IMG/VR virus record: IMGVR_UViG_3300044949_001245 | Coordinates: 1-64,000 of that record | DNA length: 64,000 nt | Strand: one strand, 5' to 3' | DNA from: a virus | Part shown: in pieces, positions 56,262-64,000 of the stretch | Numbering within the stretch: position 1 is the stretch's first letter | Layout: every line of letters begins with the position of its first letter | The notes under the pieces: model-generated | Told to the model about the DNA's origin: nothing | What the model saw: the letters and a program-made list of their open reading frames with translations, nothing else | Databases searched by the model: none | Program-made: the position numbers and the translations under genes

Positions 56262-57944
56262 CTAAAGAAATTTGAACTTGAATCCAGTGGTGACTTTTTT
56301 CGCTGCTATTGATGTAAGCCATAACGCCATAGCTTGGTCATCGTGTTCTCCGACACCCTCCAATCCTTTATCAGTCCATGTAACAGATGAAAGTTCCATA
56401 GCAAGTGAATCAGAAATGTCTATTGACTCCTGATTGCCTCTTGGTATCCGTATTTTGCCACGCTCAAACAAAATTGCTAGTCCAGGCAATCCTGCCTTTA
56501 GGTCATATTTGTTGCTTCCTGTCGTATGACCCTCGACAGGCAATCCAGCCCTCTCTGACTCTTGTACAAAAATCTGTTGGAATACGTTATTCTCCATTAC
56601 CATTATATCAGGCTGAAACGATGCGTTGATTTGTTTTATGACTGCTAGTTGTTCAGCAAAAGACTTGCCCCGAAATCTAGTAACATTCATCAACCACATA
56701 TTCTCATTCTCATCTACTCCAGCGGTGATGATGACTGTGTAGTCAGCCCCAACTGAGCTGGAAATCGAAAAGTCAATACCAGTCACCACCCTATCGAATT
56801 TCATTTTGTAAGCTGTTCTAGCACGTACAAATGTGTAGTCCTCCATCCTCACATATGCCCTTTCAATTACATCTTGAGGGAAAATTGATGACTCATTGGT
56901 AACTGGCCTACATAAATTTTCCCTTGAAAAGATTATGTTGCCCTGTGTTGACCTCTTTTCCATCAACTCCTTAAATCCCCAACGCTCACGCCATAGTATG
57001 ACTCCATTCGGAAATATGGCTGGATATTCCCTCACGTGCCACCCCTCCTTGCTTTTCAAATCTCCATATAGGTCATTAGCGTGGAATGGAGTTCCAACCA
57101 CTATAACTTGACCTTTGGGCACAATCATATTCATGATTACAGCGTGAAAATAATCTATGGACTTTTTTCTTTGAACCGAACTGTAAATCACGTTGTCCTT
57201 TAATCCATCATCAACCACAATATATCCAGGGTGAGCACCACGTACTGATGAACCAAAGCCTTTGGTTGTTATCCTTGCTCCGTTTTTACAAACTATATCA
57301 GTTTTTGCCCATCCATCGTTCCGACCTGGAAATAATCTTTCACGCAAATCATCATTTTCTTCAATCGTGCTTTTCAAAATATCCAAAAGGTCAACCGCCT
57401 GTTGTAATGAAAATGAAAATAGAAATCCACGCTTGGATAATGCTAAATCATGGCGTGGTCTGGAGAACCCTGTGACTGGCTGGTATCGGTATAACTTCCA
57501 AGCCAGATACGCATTACTCCAATAGAATGATTTTCCGTGGTCACGTGCGGCAATTACGTTGAGTTTGTTGTAACGCATCGCCATATCTCCCCATTCCAGA
57601 TGGTGCCAGTTCATTTCAAACTGCGGCATTTTACTCAAAATGAAATAGGTCAGATTTTCAATACACAAAGTTTCCTCTATGGTCTTTGTGAGTGTATCGA
57701 AATAGCCTAGTTTGAGCTGTAGTTGGTTTTGCTTTCCGTAAATTACATTGAAAACCTCTTCCAAGATTATGGAATAAATCTCATCCACATCCTTTTCGTA
57801 ACCTCCAAACAACTCCTTGGTGCCGGCATCATCCAAGTTGTTGATAATCTCATCCACAATACGAAATGCCTCATCAATTTTTTCAAACGACAAGGCATTT
57901 TGGTATTTGGAAATGATTTTTAAGTCCTCTTGTGATATGTTCAT
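56262..57944 (-). CDS. terL: Terminase large subunit
   Basis: AARDHGKS, VRGAHPGYIVVDD, VVGTPF; nuclease motifs GIDFS, DYTV, HDDQAMALW. Confidence 0.95.
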   Translation of the reverse strand: MNISQEDLKIISKYQNALSFEKIDEAFRIVDEIINNLDDAGTKELFGGYEKDVDEIYSIILEEVFNVIYGKQNQLQLKLGYFDTLTKTIEETLCIENLTYFILSKMPQFEMNWHHLEWGDMAMRYNKLNVIAARDHGKSFYWSNAYLAWKLYRYQPVTGFSRPRHDLALSKRGFLFSFSLQQAVDLLDILKSTIEENDDLRERLFPGRNDGWAKTDIVCKNGARITTKGFGSSVRGAHPGYIVVDDGLKDNVIYSSVQRKKSIDYFHAVIMNMIVPKGQVIVVGTPFHANDLYGDLKSKEGWHVREYPAIFPNGVILWRERWGFKELMEKRSTQGNIIFSRENLCRPVTNESSIFPQDVIERAYVRMEDYTFVRARTAYKMKFDRVVTGIDFSISSSVGADYTVIITAGVDENENMWLMNVTRFRGKSFAEQLAVIKQINASFQPDIMVMENNVFQQIFVQESERAGLPVEGHTTGSNKYDLKAGLPGLAILFERGKIRIPRGNQESIDISDSLAMELSSVTWTDKGLEGVGEHDDQAMALWLTSIAAKKVTTGFKFKFL

Positions 57945-58495
57945 ACGCTGATAACCATTCGTTTTTTCATCGTTTCCAACTTGTCGATGTCTTTTTGATT
58001 GGTTAGAAATTTCTGATAATCAATCAACTTCCCCTTTATTACATCAAGGTGTAGTTGTATTTCACGTCTTTTGTTCGCCTTTATTTCACTTTGGTCCATG
58101 ATGACCTTTAATGCCTTTCTTTGCTCATCTTCCCAAGAAATGAACCCGAACATATCCAGCGTTGCGATTATGTTGTTAAACTTGCTCCAACTGAAGTTTG
58201 TCATTTTCTTCATTTCGCTAATTTTAACAAATCCCTCGCTGAACTCTTGCTCCCAACGGATGAAGAACTGGCGGGCAATCTCTTTAGCCTGTGCCTTGTT
58301 CTGCTCATCCTCAAGAAATCCTACCACTACCTCATCGCTGACTTTGTCTGCTCGCCTTCCAGCTAGATAGGACATTTCATTGTTGTCCAATTCGTAAATT
58401 ATGGCCTCAGGTGCTTTTTCTTGTAATGCTTCCATTACCGCCTTGGCCATTTCTGGGTCATTGCCCCCAATCATGATGTACTTTTTACTGTCCAT
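57941..58495 (-). CDS. Hypothetical protein upstream of terL
   Basis: 184 aa; ATGA-coupled to terL; possible winged helix. Confidence 0.65.
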   Translation of the reverse strand: MDSKKYIMIGGNDPEMAKAVMEALQEKAPEAIIYELDNNEMSYLAGRRADKVSDEVVVGFLEDEQNKAQAKEIARQFFIRWEQEFSEGFVKISEMKKMTNFSWSKFNNIIATLDMFGFISWEDEQRKALKVIMDQSEIKANKRREIQLHLDVIKGKLIDYQKFLTNQKDIDKLETMKKRMVISV

Positions 58496-58498
58496 ATA

Positions 58499-59128
58499 TT
58501 AAAATTGAAATTTTACTCTTGATTTTACCACTTTATCTTTGGCAGAACTGCCTGAACTCTTTTCCGAACTCCGTAACATCGACACATACTGCTTCAGCAA
58601 ATCTGTGGTGGCTATAACGTCAGGCATTGCGCTGTGCGCATTCTTTAGGACTATCCCAAACTCAGCACAAGCAATCTCCAACTTCAGCCTTTCCGTTTTT
58701 CCGTACATCTTCGTCAAAGCCATCGTATCAATCTGCGTTGGATTAACATAATCAAAAACATTTTTCGACAACGTGTTAAAAATGTAGTTCAAAAATCCCA
58801 TGTCGAACTGAACATTGTGTCCTACCAAGACTGGTCTGTTCTCTGGTCGGCTGTTCGGTGCTGACTCCTTAAAATAAGTTATCAAACTATTCACCAAATC
58901 CTTTTTACTCAACCCCGCATTTATATCCGCCATTTTTAAGCCTGTAGTGTTCAATGCCTCTTTCGTAATTTCTAGGTCATCATAAGGCTTGACGAATGTT
59001 TCCCATCTGTTAATTTCTTTCAGGCTGTCTCCATCAACAGTCAACAAAGCTATCTGAGTGATGGGATTTTTCATTGGCTCCAGACCGCCTGTCTCGCAAT
59101 CAAAAACAATATAGTGAGCATTCTTCAT
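58499..59128 (-). CDS. DEDDh 3'-5' exonuclease (DnaQ-like)
   Basis: VFDCETGG, VGHNVQFD, IDTM, AHSAMPDV. Confidence 0.92.
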   Translation of the reverse strand: MKNAHYIVFDCETGGLEPMKNPITQIALLTVDGDSLKEINRWETFVKPYDDLEITKEALNTTGLKMADINAGLSKKDLVNSLITYFKESAPNSRPENRPVLVGHNVQFDMGFLNYIFNTLSKNVFDYVNPTQIDTMALTKMYGKTERLKLEIACAEFGIVLKNAHSAMPDVIATTDLLKQYVSMLRSSEKSSGSSAKDKVVKSRVKFQF

Positions 59129-59662
59129 TTACGCATCTTTTTTTCTTATCGAAATAAACGCTGTACTGTAGTCCAATAGATTGTCCGAAAATGCTCCTGA
59201 GTTTGGAATTTTTACTTTTTGCTTTGTCCAAATCTGTTCCAACTCCCTTTCGGAAAAAAATCCATCTGGGAACATATCCACTGAAAGGTGAAAGCATGTA
59301 ACGTGAGTAATGGATTTTTCTCTACATTTGTAAGCTATGAATGTTGCGTACATGACCGCCCTTGCTGGCGTGGACAATGTAGTTGCTAGGAACAATGACG
59401 CAGATTTTGAAAGTGTTATTCCGAACTCCGACAACCTCTGCTCTAGTATCATCAAACCTAGCGAATGCGACCTCATTCTAGCATAGAAATCATCCAGCTC
59501 TTTATTTGGCTCAATTTCTTTCTCTTCCAAAAGTCCGATGATAAGATATTTGGACTGAACTTCAGTCATTTTGTAATCCATGCTACAAGCCAGCATAGCT
59601 TTTATTACATATTGCTCTACAGCGTCAGGTTGTTCCGTAACTTCGTATGGTAAATAATCCAT
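59129..59662 (-). CDS. Hypothetical protein
   Basis: 177 aa tiled ORF. Confidence 0.7.
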   Translation of the reverse strand: MDYLPYEVTEQPDAVEQYVIKAMLACSMDYKMTEVQSKYLIIGLLEEKEIEPNKELDDFYARMRSHSLGLMILEQRLSEFGITLSKSASLFLATTLSTPARAVMYATFIAYKCREKSITHVTCFHLSVDMFPDGFFSERELEQIWTKQKVKIPNSGAFSDNLLDYSTAFISIRKKDA

Positions 59663-59663
59663 T

Positions 59664-60179
59664 TTAGTATGATGTGTTTGTCATGATTATGTATCTAGCC
59701 TTATTTGCCAAGTCAGCCAGACTTTCCTCTGCTGTCATAAATGTCTTTCCTTGTAGCTTAATCACCCCCAAGTCATATTTTCTGTAATTGTATTCCTTAA
59801 TCTTTTGAATGAACATTTTGGCTATATCAGAAAATGTTGGTTGAGTTGACTGGACGTGCCTCCGATGCGCTACAAATTGATTGTTGGTTTTGTCCTCACG
59901 AATTACCAAGTGTGGAGTGGACATTTTTTCAACCACTGTTCCGAATTTCGTTTCACGCATTCCCTCGTCATAAAATGACACGTGAGTTCCATCGGTGATT
60001 TTTCCGTTTTGTTCTAGCAAATCGTGCGTTGCCCCCGAAAAGATAATGTCTGATACATCTTGGTGCATCAACTCATCTACGTCAGACTCAAAAATTGCCT
60101 TATCATCGTACAAGTAAATGTCGAAATGTTGACCTGAGTGACTGTTTGTTCTTAATCTGATTGGATTTTTCATTTTCAA
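59664..60179 (-). CDS. Hypothetical protein
   Basis: 171 aa tiled ORF. Confidence 0.7.
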   Translation of the reverse strand: MKMKNPIRLRTNSHSGQHFDIYLYDDKAIFESDVDELMHQDVSDIIFSGATHDLLEQNGKITDGTHVSFYDEGMRETKFGTVVEKMSTPHLVIREDKTNNQFVAHRRHVQSTQPTFSDIAKMFIQKIKEYNYRKYDLGVIKLQGKTFMTAEESLADLANKARYIIMTNTSY

Positions 60180-60394
60180 AAAACTTTTATTACATTAAAT
60201 GGATTCAGACAAAAACAATCGCCATCATCCTTGCGTATTAAATAGATGTCTTGTGGCGAAACAAATAGCACATCTCCATTTTTATCAAATACTCTGTCTG
60301 TTGATTGTACTTTGTCTAACACTACACCTGTTCCCTCTACTCTTTCATTTTCAATGTAGTATGAAAATGCTATTTTCTTTCCGATGATGCTCAT
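60176..60394 (-). CDS. Hypothetical protein
   Basis: 72 aa; ATGA-coupled. Confidence 0.65.
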   Translation of the reverse strand: MSIIGKKIAFSYYIENERVEGTGVVLDKVQSTDRVFDKNGDVLFVSPQDIYLIRKDDGDCFCLNPFNVIKVF

Positions 60395-60858
60395 ATGTTT
60401 GATGTTTTAGTTTGTTGTTCCGTATTGGTATCAGTGCTTCCAAATCCACCCTCACCTCTTTCGCTTTCCTCTAGTTCTTCAACTTCCTCAAGCTCAATAA
60501 ATGGTATCGGTTGGATGATTATTTGACCGACTTTCTCCCCTACCTTGTAGATGTCTTTACCATGTAGGTTTGCTCCTGTGACTTGAAAGCGCAAGCAAAT
60601 TTCTCCCCTATATCCTGAGTCAATTACTCCTACGCAGTTTTTCAAAATCAAATCTTTTTTTGTTACTGAACTTCTTGCGTAAAGCAACCCAACATACCCC
60701 TCTGGAATTTCCATAGCCAGACCAGTGTGGTACTGAACGAACTTTCCGTTTGAGTCCATATGAATTTGGATAGCTGTTAAGTCCATGCCGGCATCGCCCT
60801 TTTTAGCATAGGTTGGTATCACCGCCCTATCATCTAGTTTTTTAATTTTTATTTTCAT
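60391..60858 (-). CDS. dut: Trimeric dUTPase
   Basis: DAGMDL, TGLAMEIP, RSS, GVIDSGYRGEI, ERGEGGFGSTD; start at ATG 60858 (MKIKIKK). Confidence 0.96.
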   Translation of the reverse strand: MKIKIKKLDDRAVIPTYAKKGDAGMDLTAIQIHMDSNGKFVQYHTGLAMEIPEGYVGLLYARSSVTKKDLILKNCVGVIDSGYRGEICLRFQVTGANLHGKDIYKVGEKVGQIIIQPIPFIELEEVEELEESERGEGGFGSTDTNTEQQTKTSNI

Positions 60859-61130
60859 CTCAGATATTTTTTGTCTAACACTACCGCATTGCCTACAATA
60901 CAATCATTGAACCTCCGTGTCTTTTCATAGAACACTTGCGTGGCTATTTCATTGAGTGGTTTGTTCAACAATTTTCCCTCTTCATTAACCACCATTAGGG
61001 TGTTCTCATCAAGCCAAACTATTTCGATGTATCCATCGACAGCCTTTTGAAGAAATTCCAGTGATGCTTCTTTGTCGTCATTTTTTACGACCTCGACACT
61101 TCCGTCAGTTTTGATAATTTTTGCTTCCAT
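60855..61130 (-). CDS. DUF3846-like protein
   Basis: LEFLQKAVDGYIE...VVNEEGKL...LNEIAT...IVGNAV. Confidence 0.8.
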   Translation of the reverse strand: MEAKIIKTDGSVEVVKNDDKEASLEFLQKAVDGYIEIVWLDENTLMVVNEEGKLLNKPLNEIATQVFYEKTRRFNDCIVGNAVVLDKKYLR

Positions 61131-61132
61131 TT

Positions 61133-61384
61133 TCAGAGAATGTTTATGTGTTCTAATTGCGCCATTTTGTTTTTTAGTTCAGCAAATTTCTTATCTCTCA
61201 ACTCCTGTGTCCTGAACGGAAACACCCAATCTTTCAAAACGAACTTCTCAGGCAAATCCTCATTCAGCACTATACAAAAATCTATTTGCTCAGATTGTTC
61301 GTTCCAAATCTGTTTCCTAGTAACTCTGAAAACTGCCATAACGTCAAACAGTTCCCCTTCAAACTCCAAAAGTGTCTTTGCCAT
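61133..61384 (-). CDS. Hypothetical protein
   Basis: 83 aa tiled ORF. Confidence 0.7.
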   Translation of the reverse strand: MAKTLLEFEGELFDVMAVFRVTRKQIWNEQSEQIDFCIVLNEDLPEKFVLKDWVFPFRTQELRDKKFAELKNKMAQLEHINIL

Positions 61385-61703
61385 CTTGATTGTTTTTTAT
61401 TTGTTCTTTAGAATTTTTGTTGAAATCATCGGTATGATTTTTATTGAAAGTATCAACAAACCAAGCGCAATCCTTTTTGTCGCTTTGGTCACAACCGCTA
61501 TGCTGGTCTGGGCCAGTTTGTCTATTACAACGCTTACAAATTTTATTCATGTTATCGGTATTTTTTTCATGTATCATAGAAATCCTTGCCGGCAAAACTT
61601 CGATTAAATTACATTCATCGCAACATTCACCCTCTTCCATAACTGGCTCTGGGTTGTTCCCATATCCACTCATTTCCTTATTACAAATACAGCACTTATA
61701 CAT
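61359..61703 (-). CDS. Cys-rich (zinc-binding) hypothetical protein
   Basis: CCIC...GNNPEP...CCDECN...CKRC. Confidence 0.7.
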   Translation of the reverse strand: MYKCCICNKEMSGYGNNPEPVMEEGECCDECNLIEVLPARISMIHEKNTDNMNKICKRCNRQTGPDQHSGCDQSDKKDCAWFVDTFNKNHTDDFNKNSKEQIKNNQDGKDTFGV

Positions 61704-62046
61704 TTGATTTTGTTTTTCGGTTTCTCTTTAATAATTCTGCCCTAGTTATTGCTTCCAGATTGGAAATATCGTCATTGTATCTATTTCCATCTATATGATA
61801 CAACACATATCCTTTCGGCAACTTTCCGTTTGTTTTTTCCCAAATTACCTTTGGTCTGCGCTGCCTTTCTTTGTTTCCTATCCATACGTGTACGCAATCA
61901 TTTTTTATGACTTGTACTCCACCTTTCCATGATGGATGATTTTCGCCAACATGATTTTCTCCGCTTTTGAATTGTGTTTGTGGTGATGGATTGAATCCAC
62001 TCAAACCCTTATTCCAAGGAACATCGCCTTTGTTAAATTTTCCCAT
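61696..62046 (-). CDS. HNH endonuclease-like protein (NUMOD-type N-terminus)
   Basis: KGDVPWNKG, GENHPSWKGG, HIDGNRYNDDISNL. Confidence 0.85.
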   Translation of the reverse strand: MGKFNKGDVPWNKGLSGFNPSPQTQFKSGENHVGENHPSWKGGVQVIKNDCVHVWIGNKERQRRPKVIWEKTNGKLPKGYVLYHIDGNRYNDDISNLEAITRAELLKRNRKTKSNV

Positions 62047-62047
62047 A

Positions 62048-62452
62048 TCAATAAAATTTGAACTTTAATACTTTATCAGGCATACGTTCAACCTCTTCCA
62101 ATTTACGCATCCGCAACCTTGGCAGACTGCTTATGTTATCTCTCCTAGAACAATCTGATATCATTCCGTTCCCCTCGTAAATTGCAAAATGAACCCTAGC
62201 CCAAACATCCATTATTGTAAGCAATCCGTTTTTGTCTATGGCAACCGCCATTTCGGCTTGATGAGCATTAGCATCCCATAGAACTATGTCGCCATATTCC
62301 AATTTATCTATGGAGGAAAATGATGATATATCAAATCCCTTATCTATGTTCTCATACTGGTACAAAGATGGACTAATGCCCGACCTCTTTAGAACATAGG
62401 TCAGGCACGTGTCTGTTTTGTTAATCTGAACTTGGCAAAGCCTCACTATCAT
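62048..62452 (-). CDS. Hypothetical protein, NlpC/P60-like motif arrangement
   Basis: DTCLTYV...GDIVLW...HFAIYEGNGM. Confidence 0.55.
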   Translation of the reverse strand: MIVRLCQVQINKTDTCLTYVLKRSGISPSLYQYENIDKGFDISSFSSIDKLEYGDIVLWDANAHQAEMAVAIDKNGLLTIMDVWARVHFAIYEGNGMISDCSRRDNISSLPRLRMRKLEEVERMPDKVLKFKFY

Positions 62453-62461
62453 AATTTTAAT

Positions 62462-62710
62462 TTATTCTCCAAAAACACTTTCTTTAGGATAAACCCACAT
62501 GGCTCCATCACCGCTGACAATAACTCTGTACTCATCTATTCCATCAATGACTTCTATGGTTGTGCCCTCGCTAGTTTTGTACATTTTTGAGGACACTGAC
62601 TTGTACTGATTTTCCGACTTGGCTTTGATGTCGTATCTACTCGTGATGTAAACATATCCCATGATGGTGATGATGAATGTTATTAATGCTACAAAAATTT
62701 TGCTCCACAT
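62462..62710 (-). CDS. Membrane-anchored hypothetical protein
   Basis: N-terminal TM helix. Confidence 0.7.
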   Translation of the reverse strand: MWSKIFVALITFIITIMGYVYITSRYDIKAKSENQYKSVSSKMYKTSEGTTIEVIDGIDEYRVIVSGDGAMWVYPKESVFGE

Positions 62711-62715
62711 GACTC

Positions 62716-63471
62716 TTAATTTTTATTCAAGTTGATAATTACTTCCCAAAACGATGCCGGCAATTTTACGTTGCTCATCACAATACAATCCCTAAACATC
62801 GGTGCTATTTGTTCTGGCGTGTATCCAGCTATTCCGCAGCCTATCGCTGTGACTAGAAATGTCTTGCCTGTATTGGTTCTGGCGAACTCCTTAAACCTAT
62901 GCACGAACACCGAAATGTCCTCCAGAGACATTTGATTTTTGGTAGTCAAATCTACAGTGGGTATGGCGTATGTGTTTCCAGACATCCCCTCTTCCAAACC
63001 CCATTCTGCTCCGAAATCTTCATGCGCTATTCTTGCCGCTCCACCTAGATGATGACCTTGAAGATTGGAGCCAAAAACGAATACCTCATTAACATCCAAC
63101 TCCGTAATTTCATCAGAAACAATCCTGTCGTCATTAGCGAACAAATTCAAATCCATCTTCCGTAAATTGTACGGAACAGCATCCAAGTACCAGTCTATGG
63201 TGTAACCGACCTTTTCCAATTCCTTTTGAAGTTTGGCGCATCCCTCATAGGTTTCTATGTCCTCTTCACTGAACCGCTCCAGAACTTTACTAACCACGTC
63301 AGGTATGGCCTCAGGGCACTCAAATAAATCGTGCCCTATGACCTTGAAATCTACATTCGTCAAATCGTAAACTTGACCCTCAATAACTTCGCCCTCCACG
63401 TGCGTTACCACTTCTGTTTCTGTCCTGCCATCTAGGCTGAACTCAACTATATCTCCGACTTGTGCTCTCAT
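62716..63471 (-). CDS. Protein with C-terminal macrodomain-like (A1S_2505-type) domain
   Basis: VFVFGSNLQGHHLGGAARIA...YAIPT...FLVTAIGCGIAG. Confidence 0.8.
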   Translation of the reverse strand: MRAQVGDIVEFSLDGRTETEVVTHVEGEVIEGQVYDLTNVDFKVIGHDLFECPEAIPDVVSKVLERFSEEDIETYEGCAKLQKELEKVGYTIDWYLDAVPYNLRKMDLNLFANDDRIVSDEITELDVNEVFVFGSNLQGHHLGGAARIAHEDFGAEWGLEEGMSGNTYAIPTVDLTTKNQMSLEDISVFVHRFKEFARTNTGKTFLVTAIGCGIAGYTPEQIAPMFRDCIVMSNVKLPASFWEVIINLNKN

Positions 63472-63806
63472 GATTTTTTGAAAATTTTATTAAACAATTG
63501 GTCAACATCAAAACCATCTACGTGGTACTCCAGTCCGTTCAGGAAATATCTACAGTTGACATCCCCTCCGTTGTAATTTGATAGTCCGTGACCGACCTGA
63601 ATCAATGTCTTTCCGAAATCCTTTTTGTTCGGTATGTATAACTCATACATTGATGCGCCATAATACCCTCCTGACCTATCGGTATGCCCCGAACCACTCA
63701 CGTGTAGGGCAAGAACTTTAGTTGTGTTCTTTATCTCAAATTGCGTTCCGTAATAGTTTATGACGTACTCATTCGCCTTTAGTGTCTTTACTTGTGTCGT
63801 TTCCAT
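63468..63806 (-). CDS. Hypothetical protein
   Basis: 112 aa; ATGA-coupled. Confidence 0.7.
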   Translation of the reverse strand: METTQVKTLKANEYVINYYGTQFEIKNTTKVLALHVSGSGHTDRSGGYYGASMYELYIPNKKDFGKTLIQVGHGLSNYNGGDVNCRYFLNGLEYHVDGFDVDQLFNKIFKKS

Positions 63807-63820
63807 GGCTATTTTAGTTT

Positions 63821-64000
63821 TTAGTGGTTGATAACTGCTCTCCTAGTATAACGCTGGCTAATTCAGGATACCATCCTCTAATGAGCTGTAAAGCACGCTC
63901 AACATCTATCACCTGAACATCTACCATCGCCTTGCGTCTGGTCCAATTCTTGTCGATGAACTCCCGACCCATGGTCACCCCTCGTTTCTCAACCCTCTGG
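63821..64000 (-). CDS. Partial hypothetical protein (C-terminal end)
   Basis: Frame open from the window edge to TAA at 63821 (...ELASVILGRAVINH). Confidence 0.5.

Larger units (their letters stand above)
1..64000 (-). mobile_element. Segment of a large myovirus genome (SPO1/Herelleviridae-like architecture, probable Bacteroidota host)
   Basis: Continuous minus-strand phage genes: terminase, portal, protease, capsid, sheath, tube, baseplate J, fibre, helicases, primase. No host housekeeping genes or integrase seen. Confidence 0.93.

Noticed and set aside
57941-58495. Terminase small subunit
   Set aside because: Only position supports it; no motif that I can recognise.
832-62935. Numerous plus-strand ORFs of 60-157 aa in the track
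   Set aside because: All lie antisense to well-supported minus-strand genes, have Ser/Phe/Leu-rich shadow composition and show no recognisable motifs.
1-64000. Stop-codon recoding, tRNA genes, CRISPR array, DGR, introns or inteins
   Set aside because: Genes tile completely under code 11 using TAA, TAG and TGA stops. No cloverleaf, regularly spaced repeat-spacer array, reverse transcriptase or TR/VR pair, or interrupted core gene was seen by eye.

Overview
The whole window is part of a large lytic dsDNA bacteriophage genome with a contractile tail. Gene order resembles SPO1/Herelleviridae-like myoviruses. All credible genes are on the minus strand and tile tightly under genetic code 11; the plus-strand ORFs are antisense shadows. 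The likely host is Bacteroidota, inferred from two TTTG-N19-TAnnTTT promoters and A-rich leaders lacking Shine-Dalgarno sites. In transcription order (right to left) the window holds: small accessory genes with HNH, dUTPase and DEDD exonuclease; terminase large subunit; accessory cassettes (DUF2786, AAA ATPase, GH73 hydrolase, aGPT-PPlase1-like DNA-hypermodification enzyme); portal; Cys-rich virion proteins; lysis cassette; MuF-like head protein; a PIG-L deacetylase plus glycosyltransferase pair; two large putative capsid-internal enzymes (AAA ATPase, and a HipA-like kinase fused to an ART-like domain); prohead protease, major capsid, neck, sheath, tube, tape measure, baseplate and fibre genes; a structured non-coding region; and SF2 helicase, DnaB-like helicase and primase. 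The main findings are: (i) a shared N-terminal module and [ILF]-x-K-[AGS] motifs that suggest a capsid cargo-loading system for enzymatic effectors; (ii) a possible aminosugar modification pathway; (iii) 12 copies of the palindrome TGCCGGCA in a sequence that otherwise appears to avoid CCGG and GATC; (iv) a strand-specific, G-U-rich structured element upstream of the replication genes; (v) a candidate late-promoter motif ACAGNTATTA; (vi) complementarity between an early 5' leader and a 3' UTR. All protein calls come from motif recognition and synteny by eye; no database search was run.
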